Origin: Planctomycetota bacterium
GTDB taxonomy: Bacteria; Planctomycetota; SZUA-567; H5-PLA8
Length of the DNA stretch: 64,000 nt
Assembly: GCA_045863855.1 (NCBI GenBank)
Contig: BTVV01000006.1
Coordinates: 1 to 64,000 of the forward strand
Reading direction: 5' to 3'
In this document: in pieces, positions 10,459 through 20,037 of the stretch
Position numbering within the stretch: position 1 is the first letter of the stretch
How the letters are laid out: each line of letters opens with the position of its first letter
Notes under the pieces: model-generated
Told to the model about the DNA's origin: nothing
Database searches by the model: none
The model's input: only the letters and a program-made list of their open reading frames with translations
Program-made: the position numbers and the translations under genes

Positions 10459-13353
10459 TCAGCGTGCGGCTGGTTCGGGTTGCACAAGCGCAGGCTCTGC
10501 GGGCGCAGACGGGGCGCTCACGGGAGTGGGCTCCAATCGAATGTCGCTGTCCAGCTCAGATAGCAAGAGCCGCCAAAACCCAAAAACGGAGCGTTTGGCA
10601 AGTTCGTCGACCAGTTTGCCCTCGCGGTCGGTCTGGAGGCCGCCTAAGGCTTTCTGCACCTTCGGATCTTCGAAAGGCTTACGCAGCAGCGGCTGATAGC
10701 CATGGGCGTGAAAGAGCAACGCGCCGGCAGCCTGGAAGCGCACGTCGAACCGGCCGTCCGGACCGATCGGCACCTCACGCGTGGGCACGCCCGGCTCCAG
10801 GACGCAAACACGGCCTTTCAAAGGCGTTCCGGCCGGATCGCGCAAAACGCCACGCGCTCGGCATTGCGCCGGCTGGGGCCTTTCGCGTCCGCGGGAATCG
10901 AAGTAAATCGGGTTCGTCCAGGCGTCGCGCACGACTTCCTGGTGCTGGCCGCTGGTTTCCACCGCGCGCACGACGTACCACGCGTTGTGTTCTTCGCGGA
11001 ACGGAAAGCGGAAGTCCTGGAGCAGCGTCAAACCTTCGGTCACTTTTTCGTTATGCAGGATTACGCCGTTACGCAGGATCTCGATCCGGTCCAAGCGTGC
11101 GCCTTGGGCCAACGACGCGTAAGCCTGGATCTGAAGCTGCAGCGGACGCCCGTCCGCGGGCAGGCGGTCACCGGGTCCGCGGTCGCGTTCGAAGACTTTG
11201 ACGAAGAGCGCCGGCCCGAAGCTGACCGTCGCATGACCTCCGCGCAGCGCCGCGACGACTTTATCCCGAGTGGGCAGGCCGTCCATGTGCACGAAGGTCT
11301 GGCCGTACGGCACGCGCCCGGCTTCCAGGCTGCCGCCCGACGCCCCTACGATGGAGACGGTGTAGCCTTCGTCGAGCAGATTGAACCAAATGCGCCTGGC
11401 GCTCTCCGAACCGTCGAAGGCCAAAGCGTCGTAGGCCGGACCGGTGACCGTGGCGAAAGGCAACTCCGTGGGCGCGTACAGCCGCGCGGAGCGGTCGGTA
11501 GTCCGGTAATAGCCGTCTTCGGCCAGGCGCGGGAGCAGCGGTAAAATCGCGCGCTGCGGATCGACCGAACGCAAGCCCGTCAGGTCGGTAAAGACCGTCA
11601 GCGCGCCACGGCTGCGCAGGTCTTCGAGGTGATCGCGCAGGGACTGGCGCGGATCGTTCAGGTGCGGCGGCAAGTCGTTCCAACCGGTCATGCCGACGCC
11701 AAGCACATTGCCGCAGAATGGATGCCGCGGGCCGCGGAACGCCGGAAGCAGGAGCAGCCGAGGGCCTTGCAGTTCGTCGAAGAAATCCAGCAGCTCATGC
11801 GGCGGATGCTGGTTTTCGTCGAGCCCCCAAGGCTGCGCGGCGCCCAGGATCTGGACGCCTTCGGCGTACGCGGCGAGGACCGCGTCGGCCAAGTTGGGGC
11901 GCTTGCCGCCCCAGACCACGCGGTCTCCCCGGTCGGCGTTGAGTGCCAGATTCAAATCGGCGAGGTACCAGCCTTGGAACGCGAAATCCATATGCCGCGG
12001 CCGCGCCAAGACGGCTTCCACGGTCGCCACTTTTCCGGCTTCCACTTCCAGGCCCTTCAGGAAGGTCGAACGATACCGCCCGGCACTGACTTCGATCCGC
12101 ACTTTGCCCGAAGCCACCGGCACGCGGAACTGCCCGTTGCACCAGAAGCCCACGCCCGGCAGCGGCGCGCCGACGGCCAGATCGCTGGCATCGACGATCT
12201 TCACCCGGGCGGGAATCGGTTGCCGCGTTTCCTGGTCCAGCACCACGCCTTGCAGGATGCCGCGGGGGCGGTCCTGCAGGAAAAACTGCAACGCGCGCAG
12301 CGCCTGCGGGTCGTCGGTCTCGATGTATTCGCCTTCATCTTCGGCCGTCGTACCGCGTTCGCCGGTTAACGCATCAGGCACGCTCGGCGGACCCGACGAA
12401 GGCTTATCGGGCGTGCGCTCTTTGAGCATCTGTTTGTTGTGTTCGATCACCTTCAGCAGCGAGCTGAGCCGGTCGTCCAGCTCTTCGCTGTTCTTCACGG
12501 GGCCCTTGCGCTGCTCCTGCTTCAGAATCTCGCTCAACGAGGGCGGGGTAGGCAGTTCCTCTTTGGGCTCGAGTTTGCGCTTGGGCGGCTTCCTGAGCGC
12601 AGCCTCCGCCTCGATCTCGCCGCCGGTTCCTCGCGGAGCTGGCGTTGGGCCTGGCTGCGCGCCGGCGGCGGGCGGCGTTTCGGCCGGAACGGATAACGGC
12701 CGGGCCAGGGGCGTCGCGCCCACTTGCGCGCGCGGGTCGTCTAAGCCTTCACCCCAAGCAAATCGCGGGCGGTCCACGTCACGCGCGGTGGGCGCGCCGG
12801 CTGCCGGCGTAAGCGCGCGCAGCAGCGTCGGAATCGAACCCGCATCGGCCGGCCACGAGCGTGCGAATTCCGGATCGCCGCGGCGCGGCGCGAAACCGCT
12901 CGCGACTGGCGCTTCGCGGCGTTCGGCGTCCGGAGCTTCGCGTGCCGTGTCCAAAGGAAAGCTACGCCGAAATTCGGGATCGCCCGGACGAGGTCCCATG
13001 CGCGGCGCCGGCGAGGCGGGCGCCTCTTCTTCCGACATACTCCACGCGCGCTTGGCGGTCTGGGCCGGAACCAACCATTCGCCGTTCTCGCCCATTTCCA
13101 ACACTTCGGCTGGTGGAAGCGGAACGGGAGGCGCGGGCGTCACCGGCGGCGTCACCGGCTTGGGCGGTTCGGGCGGCTTTTCTTGGTCGCCAGGAACGCG
13201 GGGCTCGGCTCCGGATTCCGCGCGGACCAACCGCACCGGCGCTTCGCCGCCTGCGACCGGTACGTGCACCGCGCACGCCAGCACCCATGCCCAGATCCAA
13301 CAGGCCGGCCAGTGACTCTCGCGAGCGACGTTTAAGCGCACAAGCGGCTCCAC
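10459..13353 (-). CDS. Secreted Pro-rich protein with beta-sandwich and CehA/McbA-like (PHP-fold) domains
   Basis: Signal-like N-terminus, long P/E/A-rich linker, G.VLDQETRQPIPARV..GKVRIEVSAG, GWYLAD, WFNLLDEG, GQTFV, ALRGG....SFGP, IEILRNG, WYVVR, AWTNPIY. Confidence 0.7.
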   Translation of the reverse strand: MEPLVRLNVARESHWPACWIWAWVLACAVHVPVAGGEAPVRLVRAESGAEPRVPGDQEKPPEPPKPVTPPVTPAPPVPLPPAEVLEMGENGEWLVPAQTAKRAWSMSEEEAPASPAPRMGPRPGDPEFRRSFPLDTAREAPDAERREAPVASGFAPRRGDPEFARSWPADAGSIPTLLRALTPAAGAPTARDVDRPRFAWGEGLDDPRAQVGATPLARPLSVPAETPPAAGAQPGPTPAPRGTGGEIEAEAALRKPPKRKLEPKEELPTPPSLSEILKQEQRKGPVKNSEELDDRLSSLLKVIEHNKQMLKERTPDKPSSGPPSVPDALTGERGTTAEDEGEYIETDDPQALRALQFFLQDRPRGILQGVVLDQETRQPIPARVKIVDASDLAVGAPLPGVGFWCNGQFRVPVASGKVRIEVSAGRYRSTFLKGLEVEAGKVATVEAVLARPRHMDFAFQGWYLADLNLALNADRGDRVVWGGKRPNLADAVLAAYAEGVQILGAAQPWGLDENQHPPHELLDFFDELQGPRLLLLPAFRGPRHPFCGNVLGVGMTGWNDLPPHLNDPRQSLRDHLEDLRSRGALTVFTDLTGLRSVDPQRAILPLLPRLAEDGYYRTTDRSARLYAPTELPFATVTGPAYDALAFDGSESARRIWFNLLDEGYTVSIVGASGGSLEAGRVPYGQTFVHMDGLPTRDKVVAALRGGHATVSFGPALFVKVFERDRGPGDRLPADGRPLQLQIQAYASLAQGARLDRIEILRNGVILHNEKVTEGLTLLQDFRFPFREEHNAWYVVRAVETSGQHQEVVRDAWTNPIYFDSRGRERPQPAQCRARGVLRDPAGTPLKGRVCVLEPGVPTREVPIGPDGRFDVRFQAAGALLFHAHGYQPLLRKPFEDPKVQKALGGLQTDREGKLVDELAKRSVFGFWRLLLSELDSDIRLEPTPVSAPSAPAEPALVQPEPAAR

Positions 13354-13462
13354 CGACCGGATCGATGCAACCCCTTGATTCTAAGGCCGTTGCAGCAACA
13401 AACAAGGGGCTGGTTCGAGACCCTATTAAGACGCTTGAAGCCGCGCGCATAAGCCGTCAATT

Positions 13463-14146
13463 TTACGCCGCCGCCGGTATGCGCAGCGTTGCCGGCATGA
13501 CTTGCGGCGTGAGCACGCCCAGCGAAAGATATACCTTCATCAGATCGTCCACGCTCATCTCGGGGATGATTTGAACCGAGTCCTTCGGCGCGAAGATCAA
13601 CCCGCCGGACATCGGCACTGGGCTGGTCGGTACGTACACGAGCAGCATCTCCTGCCCGCCCATGCGGTAGGTTTCCCGGTTGGCCAGCAGTCCCAGGAAT
13701 CCCGCACTGCCTCCGGCTCCGAAAGTGCACGTACAGACGCTCATCTTGGCGAGGTCCTGTTCGCCGCTGCCTTTCATCAGGCCTACCACCTGGCTGACCG
13801 GCTTGTAGATGCTGCGAAAGATGGGGATCCGGTTGAGCAGGCCGTTAAAGATCGCCTCCAATTCGTGCCGCGCGAAGGTTCGGAACAACATACCCACCAG
13901 CCAGACGGCCACAATCACGCACGCCCAGCCCATCAAAGCGGCCAAGGTATTGTGCTCGACGAATCGTTCGCCGAAACCGCGGATAAATTCTCCGACCGGC
14001 GTGCCTTTGCCAAAGAGGCCGCGTACCTGCTCCACCGCCCAGGCCATCAAGCCGATGGTGATCGCGATCGGCAGAAGCACCAGCGCGCCGGCGACGAAGT
14101 TATTCAGGACGCCGTGGGTCCAGAGCCAGTTGAAGAATCGAACCAT
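13463..14146 (-). CDS. DUF502 family membrane protein
   Basis: FVAGALVLLPIAIT, RIPIFRSIY, VYVPTSPVPMSG, MSVDD.MKV..SLG. Confidence 0.9.
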   Translation of the reverse strand: MVRFFNWLWTHGVLNNFVAGALVLLPIAITIGLMAWAVEQVRGLFGKGTPVGEFIRGFGERFVEHNTLAALMGWACVIVAVWLVGMLFRTFARHELEAIFNGLLNRIPIFRSIYKPVSQVVGLMKGSGEQDLAKMSVCTCTFGAGGSAGFLGLLANRETYRMGGQEMLLVYVPTSPVPMSGGLIFAPKDSVQIIPEMSVDDLMKVYLSLGVLTPQVMPATLRIPAAA

Positions 14147-14209
14147 GTGCGCCTCCCCGAAGAACCGTACCGGTCCGGGCGCTGACGGAATTCGCCCGGC
14201 CGGGCGGCT

Positions 14210-15604
14210 TCAATTAAGCAATTTCTGGAAAGCCTTTACGGCTTCCTGGGCGCCCAGGAAACCAAAAAAGAGGAGCGTCAGTCCCAGTAAGAGGTTGATT
14301 ACCCAGCCGCTTTTGAATCGATCGCCCACCCAGTCGCGCCGGTTGTTGAGGATCAGCAGCGTCAGAGCCAATAGCGGCATGAAGAACGCGCCGAAGATAG
14401 CGTACAAAAGCTGGATGCGTTTGACCGGGAGCCACAACAAGACCATGGGCAAGAGCGCCAACGCGACCAAGTAGAATTTGTACTCCCGCGTCTTCGCCAG
14501 ATCGACTTTTTCCTGCGCCGCCGAACGACCGCGGCAGAGCAGCACGAAGTCGGCGAAAAGATACGGTACGCCCTGCCAGACACCCAGCAGGCTGGAGAAG
14601 ACCGCGCCCCAGAACCCGAGCAAAAAGATCCAGCGACCCCACGGCCCCATCACCTCGCTCAGCCGACCGGCCAGGATGGGCGCGTAATCGTCGCCCTGTC
14701 CATCGAGCTTCAGCCCGCTGCCCAGGCTGATCATGGCCATCCCGAAGAGGGCGGTCAGAAGATAGCCCACGCCGAGGTCGAGCCGGCAGGCGCGCACGCC
14801 TGCCACGCCTTCGCGCCGCTCTTCGCGAATCCAGTAGCCGTAGCATAGGAGCGTGGCCGTCCCGCCCACGCCGCCCAGGACGCCCAGCACCCAGCCTAGG
14901 CTGGTCGAGAAGTCCGTGCCCGATCCGCTGCTGGGAATCCGGGGCACGAGAATGCCTTGAAGTACGGCGCTGGGATCGGGCTTCGCAAGTACCGCCGTGA
15001 GCAACACCGTGCCGAACATGACCGCGATGCAGACGGCCATCGCAATCTCGAAGACCTTGAACCCGCCGAACCAGACCAGCAGAAGTCCCGCGAGGCTGTG
15101 CCCAATGCCCCAGACAATCTTGTCCCGCCGCGCCGCGTCGCGCCGGGCAGCCTCTTCGCGAGAAGAAAGGCTGCCTTCGGACTCCCCTTCGCGCGCGACG
15201 ACGGGCTCGGGTGCGTGCAGCGGCATCAGCCCGTGCCCGGCCACGCCGCAGCCGGACATCATCGCCGCACCGGTAAAGAACGACCACAGGAGGAGGTACG
15301 CGCCAAAGACCCAGCGAATCCAGCGCCCCAGCTTCTGGACCCAGCCTTCGAGCAGGGTCGTGCCCGTGGCCATCTGCCAGCGCGCGAGCCCTTCGTTCAG
15401 CACCCACTTCAGGATCGCGCCGTACAACGCCGCCCAGAGGATGGCGAGTCCGAGCTTGGAACCGGCAAAGCCGGCGGTGAGCAAGTCGCCGCTGCCGACA
15501 CCGGTAGCCGCCACCAGGATGCCCGGAAGGAGCATGGCGAGGCGAAAGCGGGGACGCTGGGCTTCGTGCAGGGACGGTTCCGGGGTATGCGCGGGCGCAT
15601 TCAT
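14210..15604 (-). CDS. NRAMP-like (YcsG/MntH-related) transporter
   Basis: PGILVAATGVGSGDL, EGLARWQMATGTTLLEG, GGVGGT..LLCYGYW; about 11 hydrophobic helices; no DPGN motif. Confidence 0.8.
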   Translation of the reverse strand: MNAPAHTPEPSLHEAQRPRFRLAMLLPGILVAATGVGSGDLLTAGFAGSKLGLAILWAALYGAILKWVLNEGLARWQMATGTTLLEGWVQKLGRWIRWVFGAYLLLWSFFTGAAMMSGCGVAGHGLMPLHAPEPVVAREGESEGSLSSREEAARRDAARRDKIVWGIGHSLAGLLLVWFGGFKVFEIAMAVCIAVMFGTVLLTAVLAKPDPSAVLQGILVPRIPSSGSGTDFSTSLGWVLGVLGGVGGTATLLCYGYWIREERREGVAGVRACRLDLGVGYLLTALFGMAMISLGSGLKLDGQGDDYAPILAGRLSEVMGPWGRWIFLLGFWGAVFSSLLGVWQGVPYLFADFVLLCRGRSAAQEKVDLAKTREYKFYLVALALLPMVLLWLPVKRIQLLYAIFGAFFMPLLALTLLILNNRRDWVGDRFKSGWVINLLLGLTLLFFGFLGAQEAVKAFQKLLN

Positions 15605-15641
15605 GGGATCTCAGCCTATCCACCGCGTTCGAGCGCGCGCC

Positions 15642-15673
15642 AAGAAAAAGGGCGGGCCTGGCTGGCCCGCCCT
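15642..15673 (-). terminator. Rho-independent terminator of secDF
   Basis: 10-bp stem AGGGCGGGCC/GGCCCGCCCT (15649-15673) followed on the minus strand by a U-rich tract. Confidence 0.8.
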
Positions 15674-15702
15674 CCTTAGGACGCGTACTCGAACGGCGTG
15701 GC

Positions 15703-18700
15703 TTACACGTGGGCGTTGTCCGCCGTCGCCGTCTTGGCCGGAGCGGAGGCGCGAACCGCCGCCATCGAACCCGAACCGAACCGTTCCAGCCACCACTTCG
15801 TCGCCGGAGCGGCCACGAAGATCGAGCTGTAACAGCCGACGAAGATGCCGACGATGAACGGGAACGAAAGGTCCCGGATCGTCGGACCGCCCAGGATAAA
15901 GAGAGAAAGCGTCGCGAGCATCGTCGTGCCCGCCGTGATCAGCGTGCGCGTCAACGTCTGGTTCGTCGCTTCGTTGATGATTTCGCCCATATCCCGCGTG
16001 GGATGCTGCGACTTGATTTCGCGGATACGGTCGAAGATCACGATCGTGTCGTTCACGGAGTAACCGATAATCGTCAGGATCGCGGCGACCATGTTCAGGT
16101 CCAGCAGGACCGGCAGGATGCCGGTGGCGTTGACGAGGCAGACGGCGCCGATGGTGACCGCGGCGTCGTGGAAAAGAGCCAAGCTGGCTCCGAAGCCCCA
16201 GGCGCCGCTGAACTCGAAGCGGAACCACAGGTACATGAAGATGCCGGCCAGCGCGGCCAGCAGCGCGACAAAGGCATCGCGGCGCATTTCGCCCGAGACC
16301 TGGCCGCCGTACTGCGTCTTGCGCCCGATCGCGCCTTCGACGCGGTGTTTGATGCTTGCCGAACGCAGCGCGCCCAGCACGCGCTGAAGCTCCAGCGCGT
16401 CCTCCGGCACGGGGGTCAACTCGACATACGCCCGCGTGCGGCCCACGGCTTCGTCGGCGACCGCCGCTCCGGCCTTCAGAGCTTGCAGCGTCTTTTTTAC
16501 TTCCTGGTTTTCAGGTTCCTGCGCTACGGCTGCGACGGCCTTCTCGACCTCGGCCTTCAACTGCTCGTCGCTGGCATTCTGCTCGGAGTCCTTGTCGAAG
16601 CGGTCGAGCCGGATGCGGATGGCCTTGTGCTCCACCACTTCCACCGCGCGCGGCTCCAGCGGGCCTTTGAAGGCTTCCAGCAGCCGTTCGCCCAGCACTT
16701 CAATCACGGCCGCTTGGGTCACCCGCGTAGTGAGTGTGAAGCTCTTGTAGGTGTTGGTCCCTTCCTTCGGCGTACCGAACGGCTGCGCGTCCAGACGCAC
16801 GGCGTCCCAGTCTTTAAGCACCTCCCCAATGCCGCCCGCCACTTCGAGCAGGCCTTCGGGTGTGATCTCCGAGCTGAGGCTGAACTGCGTCGTGCCCAGC
16901 ACGGGCAGTTCCTTGACCAGCGCTTCGCGCAGGTCGTGCCCCTTCTTGCCCGAAGCGGCCAGCGCTTCCAGCTTGCCCTTCGCCGCGTCCAGGTCGGCCC
17001 GAACCGTTTCGCGCAGCGTCTCCTCTACCGTCTTTTCGACACTGGCCCGGTCCTGCTCCTGTCCTTGGGCGAAATTGAACTGGATTAACGTTCCGCCCGT
17101 GAAATCCAGGTCGTAAATCTTGTTGCTGACGACGCCCATCATGACGAATCCCGCCAGCGAGAGCCCCACCAGCGACATCGAACCCACGATCCACGGCTTG
17201 CTCATGCCCATGTAATCGAGATTCGGGTTCTTCATCATCTGCATCATGGGCAGACTCTCGATGGCATCGCGGGAGACCAGCCAGTCGAAAACTTGCCGGC
17301 AGATCCACAGGTTGGCCAGGATCGTGACCAAGATGCCCAAGGACAGCGTGACGGCGAAGCCGCGCACCGGTCCGGTGCCCAGGTAGTAGAGGATGATGCC
17401 GGAGAGCAGCGTGGTGAGCTGCGAGTCGAGGATCGTGACCACCGCGCGGTCGAAACCGTGTTGCACGGCCAGACGCACGGGCCTTCCGCGCGCCAATTCC
17501 TCGCGTATGCGCTCGAAGATCAGCACGTTGGCGTCGACGGCCATGCCCAGGGTGAGCAGGATACCGGCGATGCCCGGCAGGGTCATCGTGGCCTTAAAGA
17601 AGCCCAGCGCGCCCAGCAGGATGATCAGATTCAGCCCCAGGCAGACGACCGCGATGAAGCCGCTGACGCGGTAGTAGATCCAGATGAAGAACGCGACGAA
17701 GAACGCGCCCACCAGCGTCGCCAGGATGCCCGAATCGATCTGCTCGTGCCCCAGCGACGGACCGACCGTAAATTCGCTTTCCAGCACCACTTCCGCCGGC
17801 AGCGAACCCGCGTTCAGGACGTTCGAGAGTTCGCTCGCTTCTTCCTGACTGAAGTTGCCGGTAATCTGACAGCGCCCGCCCGTGATCGGCTCGTTGATGC
17901 GGGGAGCCGAGAAGCAGTTGCCGTCGAGCACGATCGCCATCTGCTCGCCCACGTTTGCCTGCGTGACCTGTCCGAAGTCCGTCGCGCCCTGCGCATCGAA
18001 CTGGATATCGACCTGGAAACCGCCCTGTTCGTTGCGCGAGATGCCCGAGTGCGCGATACGCGATCCTTCCAGCATCGGCAATGCTTCGACGATGACCGGA
18101 ATCCGTTCGACCTTCTTCTTGTCGTACGCGTCCTTACGCACTTCGAAGATCTGTTTGTAGCCGTCGGCTTCCTTGTCTTCCGACGCTTCCACCGCCTGAA
18201 TGATCGCCTGCTGCTTGCTCGGATTCGCCACGAGGTGGAAGGTCAGACGGCCCTGCGTGCGAATGGCGCGCTTGATCTTTTCCACGTCTTCGGGGCTGGC
18301 CTTCGGCAACTGGATGCGCAGCCGGTCGCTGCCGTACTTGGTGATGGGAATGCCTTTAGTGCCCGTCGGGTCGATACGCTTGCGCACAATGTCCGCGGCT
18401 TTCTCGGGCGCCGTGTCCTTACTCTGAGTCAGTGCGGTGATCAGGTCCTCGGTGTGGCGGAGGTCGTCGGCCTTGGCTTCACCGGTCTCCACCTTGCCGC
18501 GCAGACTGGCCACGCGCTCCTGCTCCTTGGCGATACGGCGGTCCGTCTCGCTGGTGTCCAGGCGGTAAATCAGTTCGGTGCCGCCGGCCAAGTCGATACC
18601 CATCGGGTAGATGCCGTTGGAACTCAGAAACCAGAAATATCCACCGAGCCCCCCGGTCATGATCATCACCAGCGCCATGCGCCAAGCCTGCTTCTGGAAT

Positions 18701-19104
18701 AGAGGGCGGAATGCGCGGTGCAGAATGAAGATCATCGCAATCAGGCCCAACGCGCAGATCCAGGGGATCTGAGTGCTCGGCCGGATGTTCGAATCGAAGA
18801 ACGCGTCGAGTTCCTTCGTATTCTGCGAATTGCGGATCTTGACGTACTCGTCCTTCTTGGAATCCGCGAGCGGCGTGTAGTACGCCTTGATCTCTTCCTT
18901 GCCCGGCGCGAGGAAGATTTCGTCCAAGCTCTGGTTGATCTGCTCCTGCGTCTCGCGGTCCTTGGCCCGGTCGTAAGCGTTGTCCACGAGCGAGACTTTG
19001 CGCCACTCGTGGAAGAGGGTGTAGGTGACCGCGCCGTAAGCGGCCGATCCGATCAGCAGCGCGATCAGGAACTGCGGCAGCAGCGACATCGTCTTGTTAG
19101 GCAT
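15703..19104 (-). CDS. secDF: Fused protein translocase subunit SecDF
   Basis: GIDLAGG, AIVLDG...SAP.I, L.AGSLP, VGPSLG, TLPGIAG..LT.GMAVDANVLIFERIREE, DFTGG, IGYSVNDTIVIFDRIRE, RTLIT. Confidence 0.97.
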   Translation of the reverse strand: MPNKTMSLLPQFLIALLIGSAAYGAVTYTLFHEWRKVSLVDNAYDRAKDRETQEQINQSLDEIFLAPGKEEIKAYYTPLADSKKDEYVKIRNSQNTKELDAFFDSNIRPSTQIPWICALGLIAMIFILHRAFRPLFQKQAWRMALVMIMTGGLGGYFWFLSSNGIYPMGIDLAGGTELIYRLDTSETDRRIAKEQERVASLRGKVETGEAKADDLRHTEDLITALTQSKDTAPEKAADIVRKRIDPTGTKGIPITKYGSDRLRIQLPKASPEDVEKIKRAIRTQGRLTFHLVANPSKQQAIIQAVEASEDKEADGYKQIFEVRKDAYDKKKVERIPVIVEALPMLEGSRIAHSGISRNEQGGFQVDIQFDAQGATDFGQVTQANVGEQMAIVLDGNCFSAPRINEPITGGRCQITGNFSQEEASELSNVLNAGSLPAEVVLESEFTVGPSLGHEQIDSGILATLVGAFFVAFFIWIYYRVSGFIAVVCLGLNLIILLGALGFFKATMTLPGIAGILLTLGMAVDANVLIFERIREELARGRPVRLAVQHGFDRAVVTILDSQLTTLLSGIILYYLGTGPVRGFAVTLSLGILVTILANLWICRQVFDWLVSRDAIESLPMMQMMKNPNLDYMGMSKPWIVGSMSLVGLSLAGFVMMGVVSNKIYDLDFTGGTLIQFNFAQGQEQDRASVEKTVEETLRETVRADLDAAKGKLEALAASGKKGHDLREALVKELPVLGTTQFSLSSEITPEGLLEVAGGIGEVLKDWDAVRLDAQPFGTPKEGTNTYKSFTLTTRVTQAAVIEVLGERLLEAFKGPLEPRAVEVVEHKAIRIRLDRFDKDSEQNASDEQLKAEVEKAVAAVAQEPENQEVKKTLQALKAGAAVADEAVGRTRAYVELTPVPEDALELQRVLGALRSASIKHRVEGAIGRKTQYGGQVSGEMRRDAFVALLAALAGIFMYLWFRFEFSGAWGFGASLALFHDAAVTIGAVCLVNATGILPVLLDLNMVAAILTIIGYSVNDTIVIFDRIREIKSQHPTRDMGEIINEATNQTLTRTLITAGTTMLATLSLFILGGPTIRDLSFPFIVGIFVGCYSSIFVAAPATKWWLERFGSGSMAAVRASAPAKTATADNAHV

Positions 19105-19213
19105 GACCCGTATCCTTTGTTAAAGCCGGCTTGCACGTCGAAAAGCGAATGCATCCCATCCGCGCGCTCTGCGCGGTCCTGCGCCCGATTCGATGCGGCG
19201 TGTACGGCGGTAG

Positions 19214-19666
19214 TCAGGCGGCAGGCGGTCCACGGGGAACGGCGGGAAGAGCGGTAAGCTGCGCCTGCGGGGCAGGCTGTGGTGCGCGTGCGAACTCCGG
19301 CGGCGCGAGCGCCTGGACCGGAACCCAAGCGGCCCGCCGCGGCAGAAGGGCCGCGGTCGGCACATGAAAACCTTCGTCCAGCAGGCGGCGTTCGAAGAGC
19401 GGCGCGGACGGAGCCTCGGCCTCGCCGCTTAATCCGCGCTCGATCGTCGGATGCGAAGGCGTGCGCCGTTCGGCGCCGTTATCGGAAGAAGGCCCTGCAA
19501 GCCCCAGCACCACCTGCACCGCCGCGCGGCGATCCGAGCCGGCCGGGTGCTCGATGACGCGCACCAGTTGCGAGACGGGCGTCCACGCCGCCGTCAACAG
19601 CGCCAGCAACACGCCCGTCAGGACGGGCGCGCAGAAGGCCGCGGGGCGGGTGGTGCGACGATTCAC
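19214..19666 (-). CDS. Candidate translation-arrest leader (monitoring substrate) with C-terminal RGPP motif
   Basis: GTG overlaps the yajC stop (GTGA); basic N-terminus plus hydrophobic segment; ends ...PRGPPAA; stop 110 nt before the secDF ATG. Confidence 0.7.
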   Translation of the reverse strand: MNRRTTRPAAFCAPVLTGVLLALLTAAWTPVSQLVRVIEHPAGSDRRAAVQVVLGLAGPSSDNGAERRTPSHPTIERGLSGEAEAPSAPLFERRLLDEGFHVPTAALLPRRAAWVPVQALAPPEFARAPQPAPQAQLTALPAVPRGPPAA

Positions 19667-20037
19667 TTCTTCTCGGCCTCGGACTTGTGCTTCTTCGTGA
19701 CGCCTTCGATCGAACTGCGCCGGAAGCGCAGCTTGACGTTCTGCTTCGGATCCACCTGCAAGACCACGTCGTCGGCGTCCAACTTCACGATGGTGCCGTG
19801 CAAACCCCCAATGGTTACGACTTCATCTTTTTCTTCGATGGTGTTCAGCAATTCCTGGCGCTCTTTGCGGCGCTTGCTTTCAGGCCGCATGATCAGGACG
19901 TAAAAGATCAGGAAGAACGGAACGATAATCGTCAGCAGCGGCCCCAGCGCTTCAAGCCCTCCGGGCTGCCCGCCGCCGCCACTGGACTGCGCCAGCACCG
20001 ACCACGCCATCAGCAATGCCTGACTCATCGTGCTCAA
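19663..20037 (-). CDS. yajC: Preprotein translocase subunit YajC
   Basis: IFYVLIMRPESKRRKERQELL, DEVVTIGGLHGTI; lies between tgt and secDF. Confidence 0.95.
   Translation of the reverse strand: MSTMSQALLMAWSVLAQSSGGGGQPGGLEALGPLLTIIVPFFLIFYVLIMRPESKRRKERQELLNTIEEKDEVVTIGGLHGTIVKLDADDVVLQVDPKQNVKLRFRRSSIEGVTKKHKSEAEKK

Noticed and set aside
13400..13430. GGTTCGAGACCC T-loop-like sequence, possible tRNA
   Set aside because: No acceptor, D or anticodon arms can be formed.
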